Assembly (NCBI GenBank): GCA_963662285.2
Contig: CAXXMV010000008.1
Location: forward strand, 96,001-160,000
Direction: 5' to 3'
Origin: a bacterium
GTDB taxonomy: Bacteria; Hinthialibacterota; Hinthialibacteria; Hinthialibacterales; Hinthialibacteraceae
DNA: 64,000 nucleotides
Numbering within the stretch: the first letter of the stretch is position 1; each line of letters opens with the position of its first letter. The notes under the pieces are model-generated. The model did no database searches. It worked only from the letters and a program-made list of their open reading frames with translations, and was not told the DNA's origin. Of this stretch, positions 19,531 through 30,345 are shown in pieces. The translations under genes and the position numbers were made by a program.

Positions 19531-22095
19531 TTATTTTTCTAGTAATTTATAAACAAATTCTCTTTCATAATTAGGTGATTTAGCTAAGTGATTATCAAGA
19601 TATTGTTGTGCAATATCTTTCTTATCTATTAAATGGTAATATAAAAAATACCATAAATTTATAAAAGGATTTTTGGGATTTTGTTTATGTACATTATCAA
19701 TTGAGTTCTTATAAATATTGAGAATATTATTATTTTCCTTATTTATTAAAAAATTTTGGTTGTTCAACATATAATATGATAAACCTTTGAAAATATATTC
19801 GGAACCATCATAATAGTCTAATTCACTTTGTTTATGCAAGCCGTGATATATAAATAAAATAGATTTATACTGATCATTAATATCATAGTTATTATTTTCT
19901 ATAATAGAATTAAGTAGATATTTTGATTGTTTATGATCGCCTAGATGATAATACGCGACAGATCTTTCAATATTTATTTCATCTATTAATATATCATTAT
20001 CTATTGATGTTGTTCTGTTAATAATATTCTCATACATCATATCACAGCGATATAACCTTAATAATAGCAAGAACGAGTGCTTAAGTGTTTCAATCTCTTG
20101 GTTTTTTTCTAATATTTCAAGAGCAACTTTTTTTTGCTTCAATTTTATTAAACATTCTGAGTAATTTAATATTAAAATATCTTTACTAATGATTTTACTG
20201 TAATTATCATATGCAATTGCAAAAAATTCTTTTGCTTCTTCATATTTTTCTGTTAAAAAATATGAATTACCAAGTAATACAATATTTTCATAATAAAATG
20301 TATTTTTATTTGGGTATTTTTCATATATTAATTTATAATATTTTATTAATTTTTCTAATGTGTGTTTATAACTATAGAATATATTATTTTTATAATAACC
20401 CTCCATATTTTTATATTTCCAAACAGTCTCTGACAGTAGATATGAAAAATGTATACATTTTTCTTTGTCTTCCATAGGCTTAAAAGAATCAATAAATTTA
20501 AGTCTTAAATCTATAATCTTTTTATTAATGAAATCATTTAATATTGAAATAGGATTTTTTTGTTTTCTAACAAAACTATTATATTGTTCTTGAGGAAAAT
20601 CATTTGATAGAAAAGAAAGAATTAATAGAACGACTAATAAATTAGATATTATTTTTGTAATGTAAGAAGTTATACTGAAAGGACGAATACTTTTAATTTT
20701 GTCTTGACCGGCATAGTGTATTATGATTTTGTTACGATAATACGCTTTCCATATGTTCATGTTAGTACATTTTGTTGGAAATATTAAATTAATATATTTA
20801 ATAAAATCATCATAATTATTTATGTTATTATATTCTTCATCGATCTCAAATTTTTTGTTGTAAAAAGATAATTGAATATTCCCATTTTGATGAAATTCAG
20901 AACAGACTAAATATATAAAAGCATACTTAAATAAATCTTCTTGATTCTTATTGAACCTATTAATCATTATTTTACCAACTTTATATTTACCAGTTAATAC
21001 ACAGATTGAGGTAATTTTGGAAATGGAATCTATTGAAAAACCATCAATCTTTAGTATTTCGTCACATGCATTTTCTATGTACATATTATTGATTTTATAA
21101 CTTTGTTTATATTTTTCATGATTGCGATATAAACTATAGATAGCAATTACGATAGGCGTTATTTCCAAAAAATAGTTTATTACTTGACTGCTAAAACTAA
21201 ATAGATTGAAATTATTACTTAAAAATAGGAATATAAAAACGATAAAACCTATAAGAATAATAGAGGATGAATTCCTTTGAGTAGGATTTTTAGCAATGTA
21301 TGTAACACAAATAATTAATGATACAACAGAAATCCAAACCATTTCTAAGGTTCCTCTATAATATATGTAAGTGATCTCTAAAGCTAATACTGAACATAAA
21401 ATTAGAAGGATATTTTGGGAAAATAAACTATGTGGATCAGATAAATTTAAATAAGATGAATTATAAAGATATCTTATTATAATTACAAAAATGAAGAATT
21501 GAAGAACAATAATTGGCAATAAATTAATGTCAGACTCATTAAGTAATATATTATAATCTCTATAATTATTAATTAACAATACAACACTGCATAAGATAAT
21601 CAAGCGATTACTTGATATAACGAATGCTAATGAACGGGCAATATAATTGTTATATTTGAATACACTATCACATAAAGTGAATAAAAAAAATAAAATCAAT
21701 GTTGTTAATGTCATAAATTGTGGGATAAAAGGAGTTCCATCTTGCATTATCGATGATACCACAATCATAATACCCAAAAAAACTGTACCACTAAATATAA
21801 AAGAAAATTCATATAACACGAGTTTATTATTAAGAATTAAAGAATTATATAAAAATAACATACCAGAAATAAAACTTATTAACCAGATTGCAAAGATTGA
21901 ACACGAGAGAAAAATATAAAAATATTTATCTGATAGAAAAGTAAGAGGTATAAGAAGAAGTAAAAAAGAGAAAAGTGATAAGAATAGCATTGATAATACG
22001 TAGGATCTATACTCACGTATTATAATATCTGAATCGATAACTTTCAACAAAGGATTTAATAAATGACGTTTTTTACCCATAATACCCATCCTCAT
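19531..22095 (-). CDS. Very AT-rich multi-TM protein with C-terminal TPR-like repeats
   Basis: 854 aa open frame; about 10 hydrophobic segments, then LGNSYFLTEKYEEAKEFFAIA-type TPR helices. Confidence 0.7.
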   Translation of the reverse strand: MRMGIMGKKRHLLNPLLKVIDSDIIIREYRSYVLSMLFLSLFSFLLLLIPLTFLSDKYFYIFLSCSIFAIWLISFISGMLFLYNSLILNNKLVLYEFSFIFSGTVFLGIMIVVSSIMQDGTPFIPQFMTLTTLILFFLFTLCDSVFKYNNYIARSLAFVISSNRLIILCSVVLLINNYRDYNILLNESDINLLPIIVLQFFIFVIIIRYLYNSSYLNLSDPHSLFSQNILLILCSVLALEITYIYYRGTLEMVWISVVSLIICVTYIAKNPTQRNSSSIILIGFIVFIFLFLSNNFNLFSFSSQVINYFLEITPIVIAIYSLYRNHEKYKQSYKINNMYIENACDEILKIDGFSIDSISKITSICVLTGKYKVGKIMINRFNKNQEDLFKYAFIYLVCSEFHQNGNIQLSFYNKKFEIDEEYNNINNYDDFIKYINLIFPTKCTNMNIWKAYYRNKIIIHYAGQDKIKSIRPFSITSYITKIISNLLVVLLILSFLSNDFPQEQYNSFVRKQKNPISILNDFINKKIIDLRLKFIDSFKPMEDKEKCIHFSYLLSETVWKYKNMEGYYKNNIFYSYKHTLEKLIKYYKLIYEKYPNKNTFYYENIVLLGNSYFLTEKYEEAKEFFAIAYDNYSKIISKDILILNYSECLIKLKQKKVALEILEKNQEIETLKHSFLLLLRLYRCDMMYENIINRTTSIDNDILIDEINIERSVAYYHLGDHKQSKYLLNSIIENNNYDINDQYKSILFIYHGLHKQSELDYYDGSEYIFKGLSYYMLNNQNFLINKENNNILNIYKNSIDNVHKQNPKNPFINLWYFLYYHLIDKKDIAQQYLDNHLAKSPNYEREFVYKLLEK

Positions 22096-22192
22096 AAAAA
22101 ATTATTGAAAATGAATAAAAATAATAAATAAATGCTAATTATCCAATATTACCATAGGATCGAAAAAGCGTAATCCAACCTACATGAATTGC

Positions 22193-24250
22193 CTATTCCC
22201 CTCCCCAAACATTAACTCCCATATCTTCAAACAAAGCGGCGGCGTTTAGGAAGTGGGCGGTTATCCAGAATACCGTCCAGGTTTCGTTGTAGCCTCCACG
22301 CAGGGCATAGATGTCATCTACGTTGCCGCGTTGGGCGTAGTTGGTGTGTTGCGGTTGCTCTCCCTGGCTGCCGTAGGGGTCGATCAGCTGGCCGCAGCTG
22401 CGGTACATTACCAGCGCTATTTTTTTGAGGTCTTCGCGTTTGGTATGGATTCCCACGCGATAAATATCGGGAGCGATCAACACTCCGAATACGTCTATAT
22501 GCTGGTTCTGGGGCGAGACCACCGTCCAGCCGCGGGTTTTGAAATTATGGTCGCGCAGGCGTCCCGGCGGCATATCGATATCCCAGGTTACAGTATAGGT
22601 CAGGGCGACGTCACAGGCATGTTGCGCCCACTTCAGGTATTCAGGATTATCAGTGGTCTCGTATAGTTCAATGAATCCCTGCAAAGCGGCGAAGGCGCCT
22701 TCTTTATCTTCACAACTGGCGTCCAGGGTTCCACCCCAGTATGGCTCCTGCATGGATACATGACGCTCAGCGTAATGCCGTCCTGCTTTTTCTGCTGCTG
22801 CCAGGAATTTTGCATCATCGAAAATTCGGTAAGCATAACACAAAGGCGCGATAAAGAATCCCTCGTCGGTTGATTTGGGACGCCAGTCATCTTTCAGGAT
22901 GCGCTCAGCGTGGAAATCGGCGGCTTTTTTAAGAAAGGTTATCCATTTAGAACAATCCCGCCCCCGTTGCTTGCCGATGGTGATAGCGCGAGCGAAACTC
23001 AACATGCCCTGCCCCTGCGAAAGCGGTTCGTGACGGCTCCATTCTTGGGTATCAGCATTATACCAGGTATGGAAGCCGCCCTCATAAAACTGCGCCGTCG
23101 ATAACTGATCCAACGAACCTTGAACCATCCGGGGGATGCGTTCGTCTTTTAATTCAGGTTCAAGCGCTTGCAGGGCGTAGCCCAAGGCCGCCGCCTGCCC
23201 GCACCAGCCGATGACGAAAAAGTTTTTGTCGGGATATTTTCTGAATCCACCTATGCCGTCCTTATCATACCATCGGGTAAGAGCGAACTTATACTTACTT
23301 TCTATGATCTCCCTGAAGCTTAGAAAATCGTCAGTCGAGTAGGGATTCATTATTTTCAACGATGTAGCCAGGGGACGTTGAAAAGCAGCGCCTTCCTGCT
23401 CGACCGGAAAAACCTCAAGATAAAAAGTCTTTTCGATCACGCCGCCGGGAGGGACATTAAGATAGACATTATTATAAGGAACAAAACCGGGCTGTAGGGC
23501 TTTTATAACGCTGCGCTTGCCATTGGAAGCGCATGGCCCGGATAGCAGAGTTAACTCAGCGCCTTCATCACGGGCCACGACGCCCATCGACCACCATTGA
23601 TCAGGCAACTCACCATAAGGCGCGGGAGATGGCATGGAATGCAGCGCGGCGCCCAGTATTTTGTTATTGTCCCGCCACTCCATTGAGGTGAAGGGCATGG
23701 GGAAGCGATGTTCTTCAAAGATGGATTCTTCGCCAACCGCTCCTGTATAGACCGGAACCCTGCCGCTTTTAGCGCCGGATGGATTGCCGTAATACAAAAT
23801 GCCGGGCATCAGAACGCCGTCGCCTTTACCGGGAGACTGGAAGCGAACCGACAGGGTGCATTTTTCCGCTGTTTTTTCGCCATGCCACTCAAAACGCCGG
23901 ATGCATTGCACTGCGTTATAACGCAAGCGGTAAGAGTCGGATAAACGCCAAACGCCCTGCGGGGTTTCTATCTCGCCCTTCAATATAGTCCACTCGCCAG
24001 AAGTCACTTGTGATGATGGATGAGCATGGCGCCATTGATCAGGCCAATCCTCCTTCCACCCCATAGCAACCGACCATAATCCCTGGTCTGGAGAATGCAG
24101 CAATATTTCATTTTCAGACCGTAATGCAATTCGATAGTTATCATTGACCTTATCAACGGAAAACTGAGTCTGGTTTATATCAGCGGATACGGTAAAGGCG
24201 CCAACGAACGCCCAAAAGAATACTATTACTACGTAGTGATATCGATTCAT
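22193..24250 (-). CDS. Secreted conserved hypothetical protein, possible (alpha/alpha)-barrel glycosidase
   Basis: 685 aa with signal peptide; helical C-terminal half with ELYETTDNPEYLKWA six-hairpin-like pattern. Confidence 0.55.
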   Translation of the reverse strand: MNRYHYVVIVFFWAFVGAFTVSADINQTQFSVDKVNDNYRIALRSENEILLHSPDQGLWSVAMGWKEDWPDQWRHAHPSSQVTSGEWTILKGEIETPQGVWRLSDSYRLRYNAVQCIRRFEWHGEKTAEKCTLSVRFQSPGKGDGVLMPGILYYGNPSGAKSGRVPVYTGAVGEESIFEEHRFPMPFTSMEWRDNNKILGAALHSMPSPAPYGELPDQWWSMGVVARDEGAELTLLSGPCASNGKRSVIKALQPGFVPYNNVYLNVPPGGVIEKTFYLEVFPVEQEGAAFQRPLATSLKIMNPYSTDDFLSFREIIESKYKFALTRWYDKDGIGGFRKYPDKNFFVIGWCGQAAALGYALQALEPELKDERIPRMVQGSLDQLSTAQFYEGGFHTWYNADTQEWSRHEPLSQGQGMLSFARAITIGKQRGRDCSKWITFLKKAADFHAERILKDDWRPKSTDEGFFIAPLCYAYRIFDDAKFLAAAEKAGRHYAERHVSMQEPYWGGTLDASCEDKEGAFAALQGFIELYETTDNPEYLKWAQHACDVALTYTVTWDIDMPPGRLRDHNFKTRGWTVVSPQNQHIDVFGVLIAPDIYRVGIHTKREDLKKIALVMYRSCGQLIDPYGSQGEQPQHTNYAQRGNVDDIYALRGGYNETWTVFWITAHFLNAAALFEDMGVNVWGGE

Positions 24251-24261
24251 AGATTTACCCT

Positions 24262-24783
24262 TTATTTTTTAGATTTGCTTTGAAGCAGGATTTTATTGTC
24301 AATTTGTATCGCAACATCGCATGATTCAATCAGACCAACTGTCTTTTGAGATATATAAGCGTATTCAACATGCTTACCTAAGTCTTTGACCATATCTACC
24401 GCCGGGGCCAGGTCTGCGTCGTTACTCAACAGGATAGCTGTATCATAAACATCTTTATAAGCCAGAGAAACCATATCGATAGCCAGCATGACGTCAACGC
24501 CCTTTTCGACCTGGATGTTACCGCGAACCTCCAAACTACCAAATCTCAACTCAAGATATTGAGTATTCTTAAGATAAGACAAAAACTTCTGTTGGTCGTG
24601 ATAACTCTTCTGGTTCGGATCAACTGGAGGACAAACATAATAATAGGTGCGAATCAGTTTGCGCTCTTTCTCCGTCAATGCTTTGGATAGATTATAATAA
24701 TTGATTTTTATATTGGTTTCAGACTCTTTGAGTTGGTAATAGAGATTACTGCCATCTATAAAGATGCATACTCGATCCATCAT
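24262..24783 (-). CDS. NYN (LabA/DUF88) PIN-like domain protein
   Basis: IFIDGSN, EKGVDV.LA.D and S.D.D..P motifs. Confidence 0.9.
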   Translation of the reverse strand: MMDRVCIFIDGSNLYYQLKESETNIKINYYNLSKALTEKERKLIRTYYYVCPPVDPNQKSYHDQQKFLSYLKNTQYLELRFGSLEVRGNIQVEKGVDVMLAIDMVSLAYKDVYDTAILLSNDADLAPAVDMVKDLGKHVEYAYISQKTVGLIESCDVAIQIDNKILLQSKSKK

Positions 24784-25025
24784 GAGTTCTTCCTTTTAGA
24801 CATTAATTGCTTTATATATTAGGCAAATTTATGCAACTACCTAAACTATTCTGAGAATCGCATTTAGAAAATCAAGACCAATGCCTTTGTTAGATTTGCA
24901 TGAATGTTGATTTGTAATTATGATATGCCACATAAATTTAGTTGTATTTAATAAGGTAATTCATTTTATCCATTTTCAAACATCAAAACTACAGATAGTA
25001 TAACGAATTGGAGCAGGTGAATATA

Positions 25026-25478
25026 ATGAGAGTATCCGCAAAAGGAGAATATGCCATACAGGCAATTCTTGATCTATCAAAAGTTTACGAGAGTAATAAC
25101 GTCCGGACCATTGACGATATAGCCAACGAAGAATCTATTCCTCAGAAATTTTTGGTGCAGATATTACTAGAGTTAAAGCGGGCTGGCATTGTTGAAAGCA
25201 AGCGTGGGGTCGGGGGTGGATATCGATTGGCTCGGAATCCACGCGATATTACTTTAGGAGAGATTATCCGGATAATTGACGGTCCAATACTTCCTTTCAA
25301 GTGCGACGCAGCAGCAAATGAATATTATGATAATTCATGCGTACACAAGAATAATTGTATAATGTCGCCAATTTGGAATGATCTCAGAAGCGCTATTGAA
25401 ACTATCCTTGATAATATTACGTTTGAAGAATTATTAAGTAAGCGAATGAATAAAAACGCGCCCGTTTATCATATATAA
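25026..25478 (+). CDS. Rrf2-family transcriptional regulator (CymR/IscR-like)
   Basis: MRVSAKGEYA, SKRGVGGGYRLA and ITL..II..IDG motifs; three Cys in the C-terminal region. Confidence 0.92.
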   Translation: MRVSAKGEYAIQAILDLSKVYESNNVRTIDDIANEESIPQKFLVQILLELKRAGIVESKRGVGGGYRLARNPRDITLGEIIRIIDGPILPFKCDAAANEYYDNSCVHKNNCIMSPIWNDLRSAIETILDNITFEELLSKRMNKNAPVYHI

Positions 25479-25670
25479 ATACCGGATATTCATAATTTTA
25501 AATATATTATTGATCTTTATCTAGATACTATAAAAAAATATTCTGACTATATTCATATAATTAGTAATGTTTTATCTAGGTAAACTTGATTTTTTTATCA
25601 GTATATATAAAAATATAATATATTTGTTTCCCAAAAAGATTTTACAAATTAAAGTAAATTGAAGCATATC

Positions 25671-26249
25671 ATGTCAAACAAAAACGAAAACATAGAAAAT
25701 TCGCAGAACAAGTCTTGCTCATACAAAGGATTTACTTTGTGGTTCACTGGCTTTTCAGGTTCTGGCAAAAGCACCATCAGTGAGGTGATTGATAGAGAAT
25801 TTAATAAGAGAGGCATCAAACACGAAATCCTGGATGGCGATGTAGTACGTACCAACCTCAGCAAAGGTCTAGGATTCTCAAAGGCGGACCGGGATACCAA
25901 TATCCGCCGTATTGGTTTTGTATGTCATCTCTTAAGCCGTAATGGCGTTGTGGCTGTATCGGCCGCCATTTCTCCCTATCGCAATATCAGAGATGAAAAC
26001 CGGGCATTAATCGGCAATTTTGTCGAGGTATTCGTCAATGCTCCATTAGAAGAATGCGAGAAACGCGATCCCAAAGGTCTCTATAAGAAAGCGCGGGCGG
26101 GCGAAATTAAAGAATTTACCGGCGTTTCCGACCCTTATGAAGAACCTCTCAATCCTGAAGTTATCTGTTATACAGATAAAGAAACCGTCGAAGAGAGCGC
26201 AGCAAAGATTCTAGTGAAATTAAAAGATATGGGCTATATTGAGTGGTAG
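25671..26249 (+). CDS. cysC: Adenylyl-sulfate kinase
   Basis: [13 protein letters not shown]-loop, LDGDVVR, ISPY, RDPKGLY and [10 protein letters not shown] motifs. Confidence 0.96.
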   Translation: MSNKNENIENSQNKSCSYKGFTLWFTGFSGSGKSTISEVIDREFNKRGIKHEILDGDVVRTNLSKGLGFSKADRDTNIRRIGFVCHLLSRNGVVAVSAAISPYRNIRDENRALIGNFVEVFVNAPLEECEKRDPKGLYKKARAGEIKEFTGVSDPYEEPLNPEVICYTDKETVEESAAKILVKLKDMGYIEW

Positions 26250-26289
26250 GAATGCTTGATTTAGTTTTTTAAGAGCGCTCCATTTTCAT

Positions 26290-26333
26290 GCGGAACCTTG
26301 GCTTATCAGGCATATTGGTTCCGCTTGTTTTTT
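26290..26333 (+). terminator. Possible intrinsic terminator after cysC
   Basis: GCGGAACC...GGTTCCGC 8 bp stem with a long loop, followed by TTGTTTTTT. Confidence 0.5.
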
Positions 26334-26358
26334 AATAAGGATTTGATTTGAGATAAAT

Positions 26359-27225
26359 ATGACAAATACAGCAATCGATCTTCATACCCATACCCGTTGT
26401 TCTGATGGGATTTTATCTCCTACGGAACTGGTTCATGAAGCTGCTAAAAATGGACTCTCCGCCATGGCTATTACTGATCACGACACAATAGCTGGTGTTG
26501 AAGAGGCACAACTTGCAGGAGAAGAACTGTCTATTGAGATAATTGCCGGACTCGAAATAAGCGCCCAATCCGACAAAGGCGTTCTTCATATGCTGGGATA
26601 TTTTGTTGATCTGGAATGTGAAGAATTAAAGAGTGGATTACAGGATTATGTAAATGCCAGAAATATACGCAATCCCAAAATAATCAACCTCTTAAAGCAA
26701 CTTGGCTATCATCTGGATATGGAGGAAATTGCGTCTCTTTCTAACGGAGAAGTCATTAATCGACCTCATATAGCCCAGGCCATGGTGAACCGGGGATATG
26801 TGCATTCCACCCAGGAAGCCTTTGACCGTTTCTTGAAGAATGACGGTATGGCCTATGTTCCCAAAGAAATCTATTCAGTATCAAAAGCAGTTGATCTAAT
26901 TCATCGTGCAGGAGGTCTGGCTGTTCTGGCTCATCCGGCATTACTGAATGTGGGCGCCTTGCATCGGATTGGCGATGAAATCCGTCGTTTGCATCATCTA
27001 TCCAGTTTTGATGGAATTGAAGCCTATCATGGCGATTGCATCCGGGAGCACAGCCAGTATTATGCTGATATCGCTGATGAATTGGGATTATTCATAACTG
27101 GCGGCTCTGATTTTCACGGAGACTCTAAACACCAAAAACTAGGTCAAACCAGATGCCTGGATGCAATCCCTTACCAATTCCTGCAAGATATGAAACAACA
27201 AGCATCTATCATAAGCCCAATGTAA
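26359..27225 (+). CDS. PHP-domain metal-dependent phosphoesterase (TrpH/YciV-like)
   Basis: DLHTHT..SDG, AITDHD, RPHIA, LAHP and GGSDFHG motifs. Confidence 0.9.
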   Translation: MTNTAIDLHTHTRCSDGILSPTELVHEAAKNGLSAMAITDHDTIAGVEEAQLAGEELSIEIIAGLEISAQSDKGVLHMLGYFVDLECEELKSGLQDYVNARNIRNPKIINLLKQLGYHLDMEEIASLSNGEVINRPHIAQAMVNRGYVHSTQEAFDRFLKNDGMAYVPKEIYSVSKAVDLIHRAGGLAVLAHPALLNVGALHRIGDEIRRLHHLSSFDGIEAYHGDCIREHSQYYADIADELGLFITGGSDFHGDSKHQKLGQTRCLDAIPYQFLQDMKQQASIISPM

Positions 27226-27284
27226 TAAGCCTGTTGTTTCAATGATTGATCCATCTTAATTGATCTATCTTAAACGCATATATC

Positions 27285-29132
27285 CTACCATTTCTCAAGA
27301 ACAGTGCAATTTCTTTTGAAATTATCCGGTTTTTGATCATTTTCATAAGGCGTAAGCAGAACAGTCAGGGTCAAAGATTTAACTTTGTCCGGCGTTCGAA
27401 TTATCAGTTTTTTCATTCCCTCATTTTGCTTCTGCGGTTTTGGAGGTTGAGCGGATTCAATATCGAACCGTACGTTTTCTGGAGATATAATCTGCGCTTG
27501 CAGATGCTTCTCTCCGATAGAAAGAGTAGCCGTATTGCCTGATAGTTTGATATCCGCTCCAGTCATCATACCCCACTTGACCTCAACGGATTTATCAGAC
27601 TCAATCTCATCCTGCACTAGAATGGATTCATCAGCATTCCGCATTATGCCGCGATGGGCGCGTTTAACTCCATAGGCCTCACTTAGATCAGCTATTGCAA
27701 ATGCTCCATTGTTGGTGGTTTTCATGGAGATAATGGGCGCCGCTGCTTTGGGATTCTGATTCGCGCCATCTATAACCAGCGTGTTATGACTTTCATTAAT
27801 CAACCTGTAATAGGTCCATCTATTGTCGCCGAAGTATCCGGGCATATTGTAATTATCCGAACCGAGATCGGTGGCCCAACGCTCGCCCAAGGCATCGAAA
27901 ACAAAACTGCCTAAGTCAAGATGGCTGTGGTTGGCTTTATTATCGCCCCCTTTGAATCCTACAAAGATGGCGTTGGGATCAGTCCATGATGATCTCAAAA
28001 AGACCACATCGATGCCTTTATAATGAATATCAAGCGGTAATCCCGCAGTGACCGGGTCGCCCCCTTCAGCTGAATACCAGATTAAATCAAGAGGATGAGC
28101 GCTGCTGGCGTCCTGTCTTTGGAACCAGGCGTATTCAGGCCGGGTGTATCTTTGCGCCATCCAATACATTTCATGCGTACCGCGCACCCGGCTGCCTGCA
28201 TCGGCGTAATTGAACGAGGCGCCCGTTGGTCCTTCGAAATGCATACGGAATTGACCTGCGTTATCCAGACCGGGGTAATCCGATAATCCGAAGTCATTGT
28301 TCAAGGCGGTTTGTAGAGCGGCCAAAAAGTAAACCGTATACCGGCTGGCGTAATGCCAATAACCCGGACCTTCATTCCACCCGCCATCGGGAGCGTAATG
28401 CTGCAAAGCCAGGGGCATGTGGTTGATGCATATAGATAGTACCTTTTCAGCCAATTCAGGCGCCTCGTCCGCTATCGCTAAAGCGCCGGTTCCGATTCCG
28501 CCATTGCAGACCTGGTTCCAGTTATGTTGACAGCGAACATACCAACTCTTGTGCGTATCCTTATCTGCCAGTCGATCCAGATAAACCTGCAAGCCTTTAT
28601 CAATTATTGCGCTCCGGATAAAGGTTTTCTCTTCCTGGTTTAATCCAGCATAAAGCCAGTCATAACCGATGGCGAAAGCATGGGTCATTTCGGCGGTATC
28701 GAGAAAATGGGATGGATTCCAGTCAGGGAAATTAGCGGCGGCGCGTAACTCTATGACGGCGCGCTTCAGATATTTCTGATCATTTTCTATCAGATAAACC
28801 AAAGATAATGTATAGACTTTATCCAGACAACGACGGCTTTGAGTCAATAAACGGGGGCCGACGATTTTATACTCAACTGTTTCCTGATTCAGGATTTTAT
28901 CTGCCTCTTTTTTTATATTGTCGTAAATCGCCTTAGCGGTCTTATCGTCTTTTATTAATTGTCTGATGCGTGGTATATCCTTCTCTTGAATAATCAAGCG
29001 TGGATGATCCTGTTTTAAGGTTTTTAATATCTCGCCCTCTGGGGCGATGATTTCCGGTATTGATAAGCCGAATGAATTAATTGTAAAAATGGCGACTATG
29101 AGAATTGACCAGAAACTTTTTATCATGATCAT
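27285..29132 (-). CDS. Heparinase II/III-like polysaccharide lyase family protein
   Basis: HPRL, WNPSHFLD, HNWNQVC, EGPGYW.Y, HSHLDLGSF and HNTL motifs; signal peptide. Confidence 0.85.
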   Translation of the reverse strand: MIMIKSFWSILIVAIFTINSFGLSIPEIIAPEGEILKTLKQDHPRLIIQEKDIPRIRQLIKDDKTAKAIYDNIKKEADKILNQETVEYKIVGPRLLTQSRRCLDKVYTLSLVYLIENDQKYLKRAVIELRAAANFPDWNPSHFLDTAEMTHAFAIGYDWLYAGLNQEEKTFIRSAIIDKGLQVYLDRLADKDTHKSWYVRCQHNWNQVCNGGIGTGALAIADEAPELAEKVLSICINHMPLALQHYAPDGGWNEGPGYWHYASRYTVYFLAALQTALNNDFGLSDYPGLDNAGQFRMHFEGPTGASFNYADAGSRVRGTHEMYWMAQRYTRPEYAWFQRQDASSAHPLDLIWYSAEGGDPVTAGLPLDIHYKGIDVVFLRSSWTDPNAIFVGFKGGDNKANHSHLDLGSFVFDALGERWATDLGSDNYNMPGYFGDNRWTYYRLINESHNTLVIDGANQNPKAAAPIISMKTTNNGAFAIADLSEAYGVKRAHRGIMRNADESILVQDEIESDKSVEVKWGMMTGADIKLSGNTATLSIGEKHLQAQIISPENVRFDIESAQPPKPQKQNEGMKKLIIRTPDKVKSLTLTVLLTPYENDQKPDNFKRNCTVLEKW

Positions 29133-29315
29133 CTATCCTTTGCTTTATCTCGTGAATAATGAAATTGTGATATAGTGTGGTTGTCATAATAAACGAACAT
29201 AATTTTGATCACCACTCTAGTAACAATACAAATAAAATCATGATAAGTTAAGTTGACAGTCGACATTATTCTTCAATAGGCTCTTCCAGAAAATTTTATG
29301 TAAAGGTGTTGAAAT

Positions 29316-30323
29316 ATGCAAACAGAATCCCCCGGACAAAGTAAATCGCAGGAAAAAGTGTGGGTAAAAGATATTGTTTCCGGTCAAACCATTCAGTCGC
29401 TGTTTCAGATTACCCGGATTGGACTTCGTGAGTTTGACCGGGGTAAATTTTTATTATTACGCCTGGGAGACAAAACAGGCAAAGTTTCTGCGGTTATGTG
29501 GGAGCAAGCCGAAGAAGCCAGCAAGGCTATTGATGAAGGCGACCTGGTTATCGTTCAAGGACGGGCGGGCATCTATCAAGATGAAATGCAGATAAAAATT
29601 AAAACTATTGCAAAATTAGAAGACCTGTCCCAGATAGATATTACTGATTATTTACCTTCATCAACCACTCCGGTTGAAGAACTGATTGCAGATTTTGATG
29701 AAATCATCGAGACAATTTCTGATGAAGATTATAAAGAATTGTTGATATCATTTCGTTGTGATGAGAATTTGTGGAATCGTTTTGCGACCGCGCCCGGCGC
29801 TAAACGCTGGCATCATCCCTATATTCATGGTTTATTGGATCATACGCTAAGCGTTGTAAAAATATGCCGCTTGATTGCTCCATTTTATCCGGAAATTAAT
29901 CCTGACCTTCTCCTTACCGGGGCGGTTTTTCATGATTGCGGAAAATTGGATGAATACATATATGATACCAAGATCGATTTCAGCACTGAGGGACGGCTTA
30001 TCGGACATCTGTTTCAAGGCTCATTTATTGTCGAACGGTTAATTACTCAAATCGATGGATTTCCCAAGGAGAAGAGAACTTTACTGTTACACATGATGGC
30101 TTCACATCATGGCGAAATAGAGAGGTCGCCAGTCTTTCCCATGACTATTGAAGCCTGTTTGCTGCATCATATTGAGAATATGGACGCCCAAATGACCGCG
30201 ATAAGAAGAGAAATGAATATCGCGCAAAAGGAAAATAAATCCTGGACCAGGTATATCAATTTGATGGGACGTGCGTTATATCTTGGAGAAAACCAAGCTC
30301 CAAGCCACAATACGGATGAATAA
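29316..30323 (+). CDS. YhaM/Cbf1-like 3'-5' exoribonuclease (OB-fold + HD)
   Basis: L.DKTG...A..W OB-fold; APGA..WHH..GLLDH, HDCGK, GRLIGH and SHHG motifs. Confidence 0.88.
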   Translation: MQTESPGQSKSQEKVWVKDIVSGQTIQSLFQITRIGLREFDRGKFLLLRLGDKTGKVSAVMWEQAEEASKAIDEGDLVIVQGRAGIYQDEMQIKIKTIAKLEDLSQIDITDYLPSSTTPVEELIADFDEIIETISDEDYKELLISFRCDENLWNRFATAPGAKRWHHPYIHGLLDHTLSVVKICRLIAPFYPEINPDLLLTGAVFHDCGKLDEYIYDTKIDFSTEGRLIGHLFQGSFIVERLITQIDGFPKEKRTLLLHMMASHHGEIERSPVFPMTIEACLLHHIENMDAQMTAIRREMNIAQKENKSWTRYINLMGRALYLGENQAPSHNTDE

Positions 30324-30345
30324 ATACATATACTGAGGAAAAACA

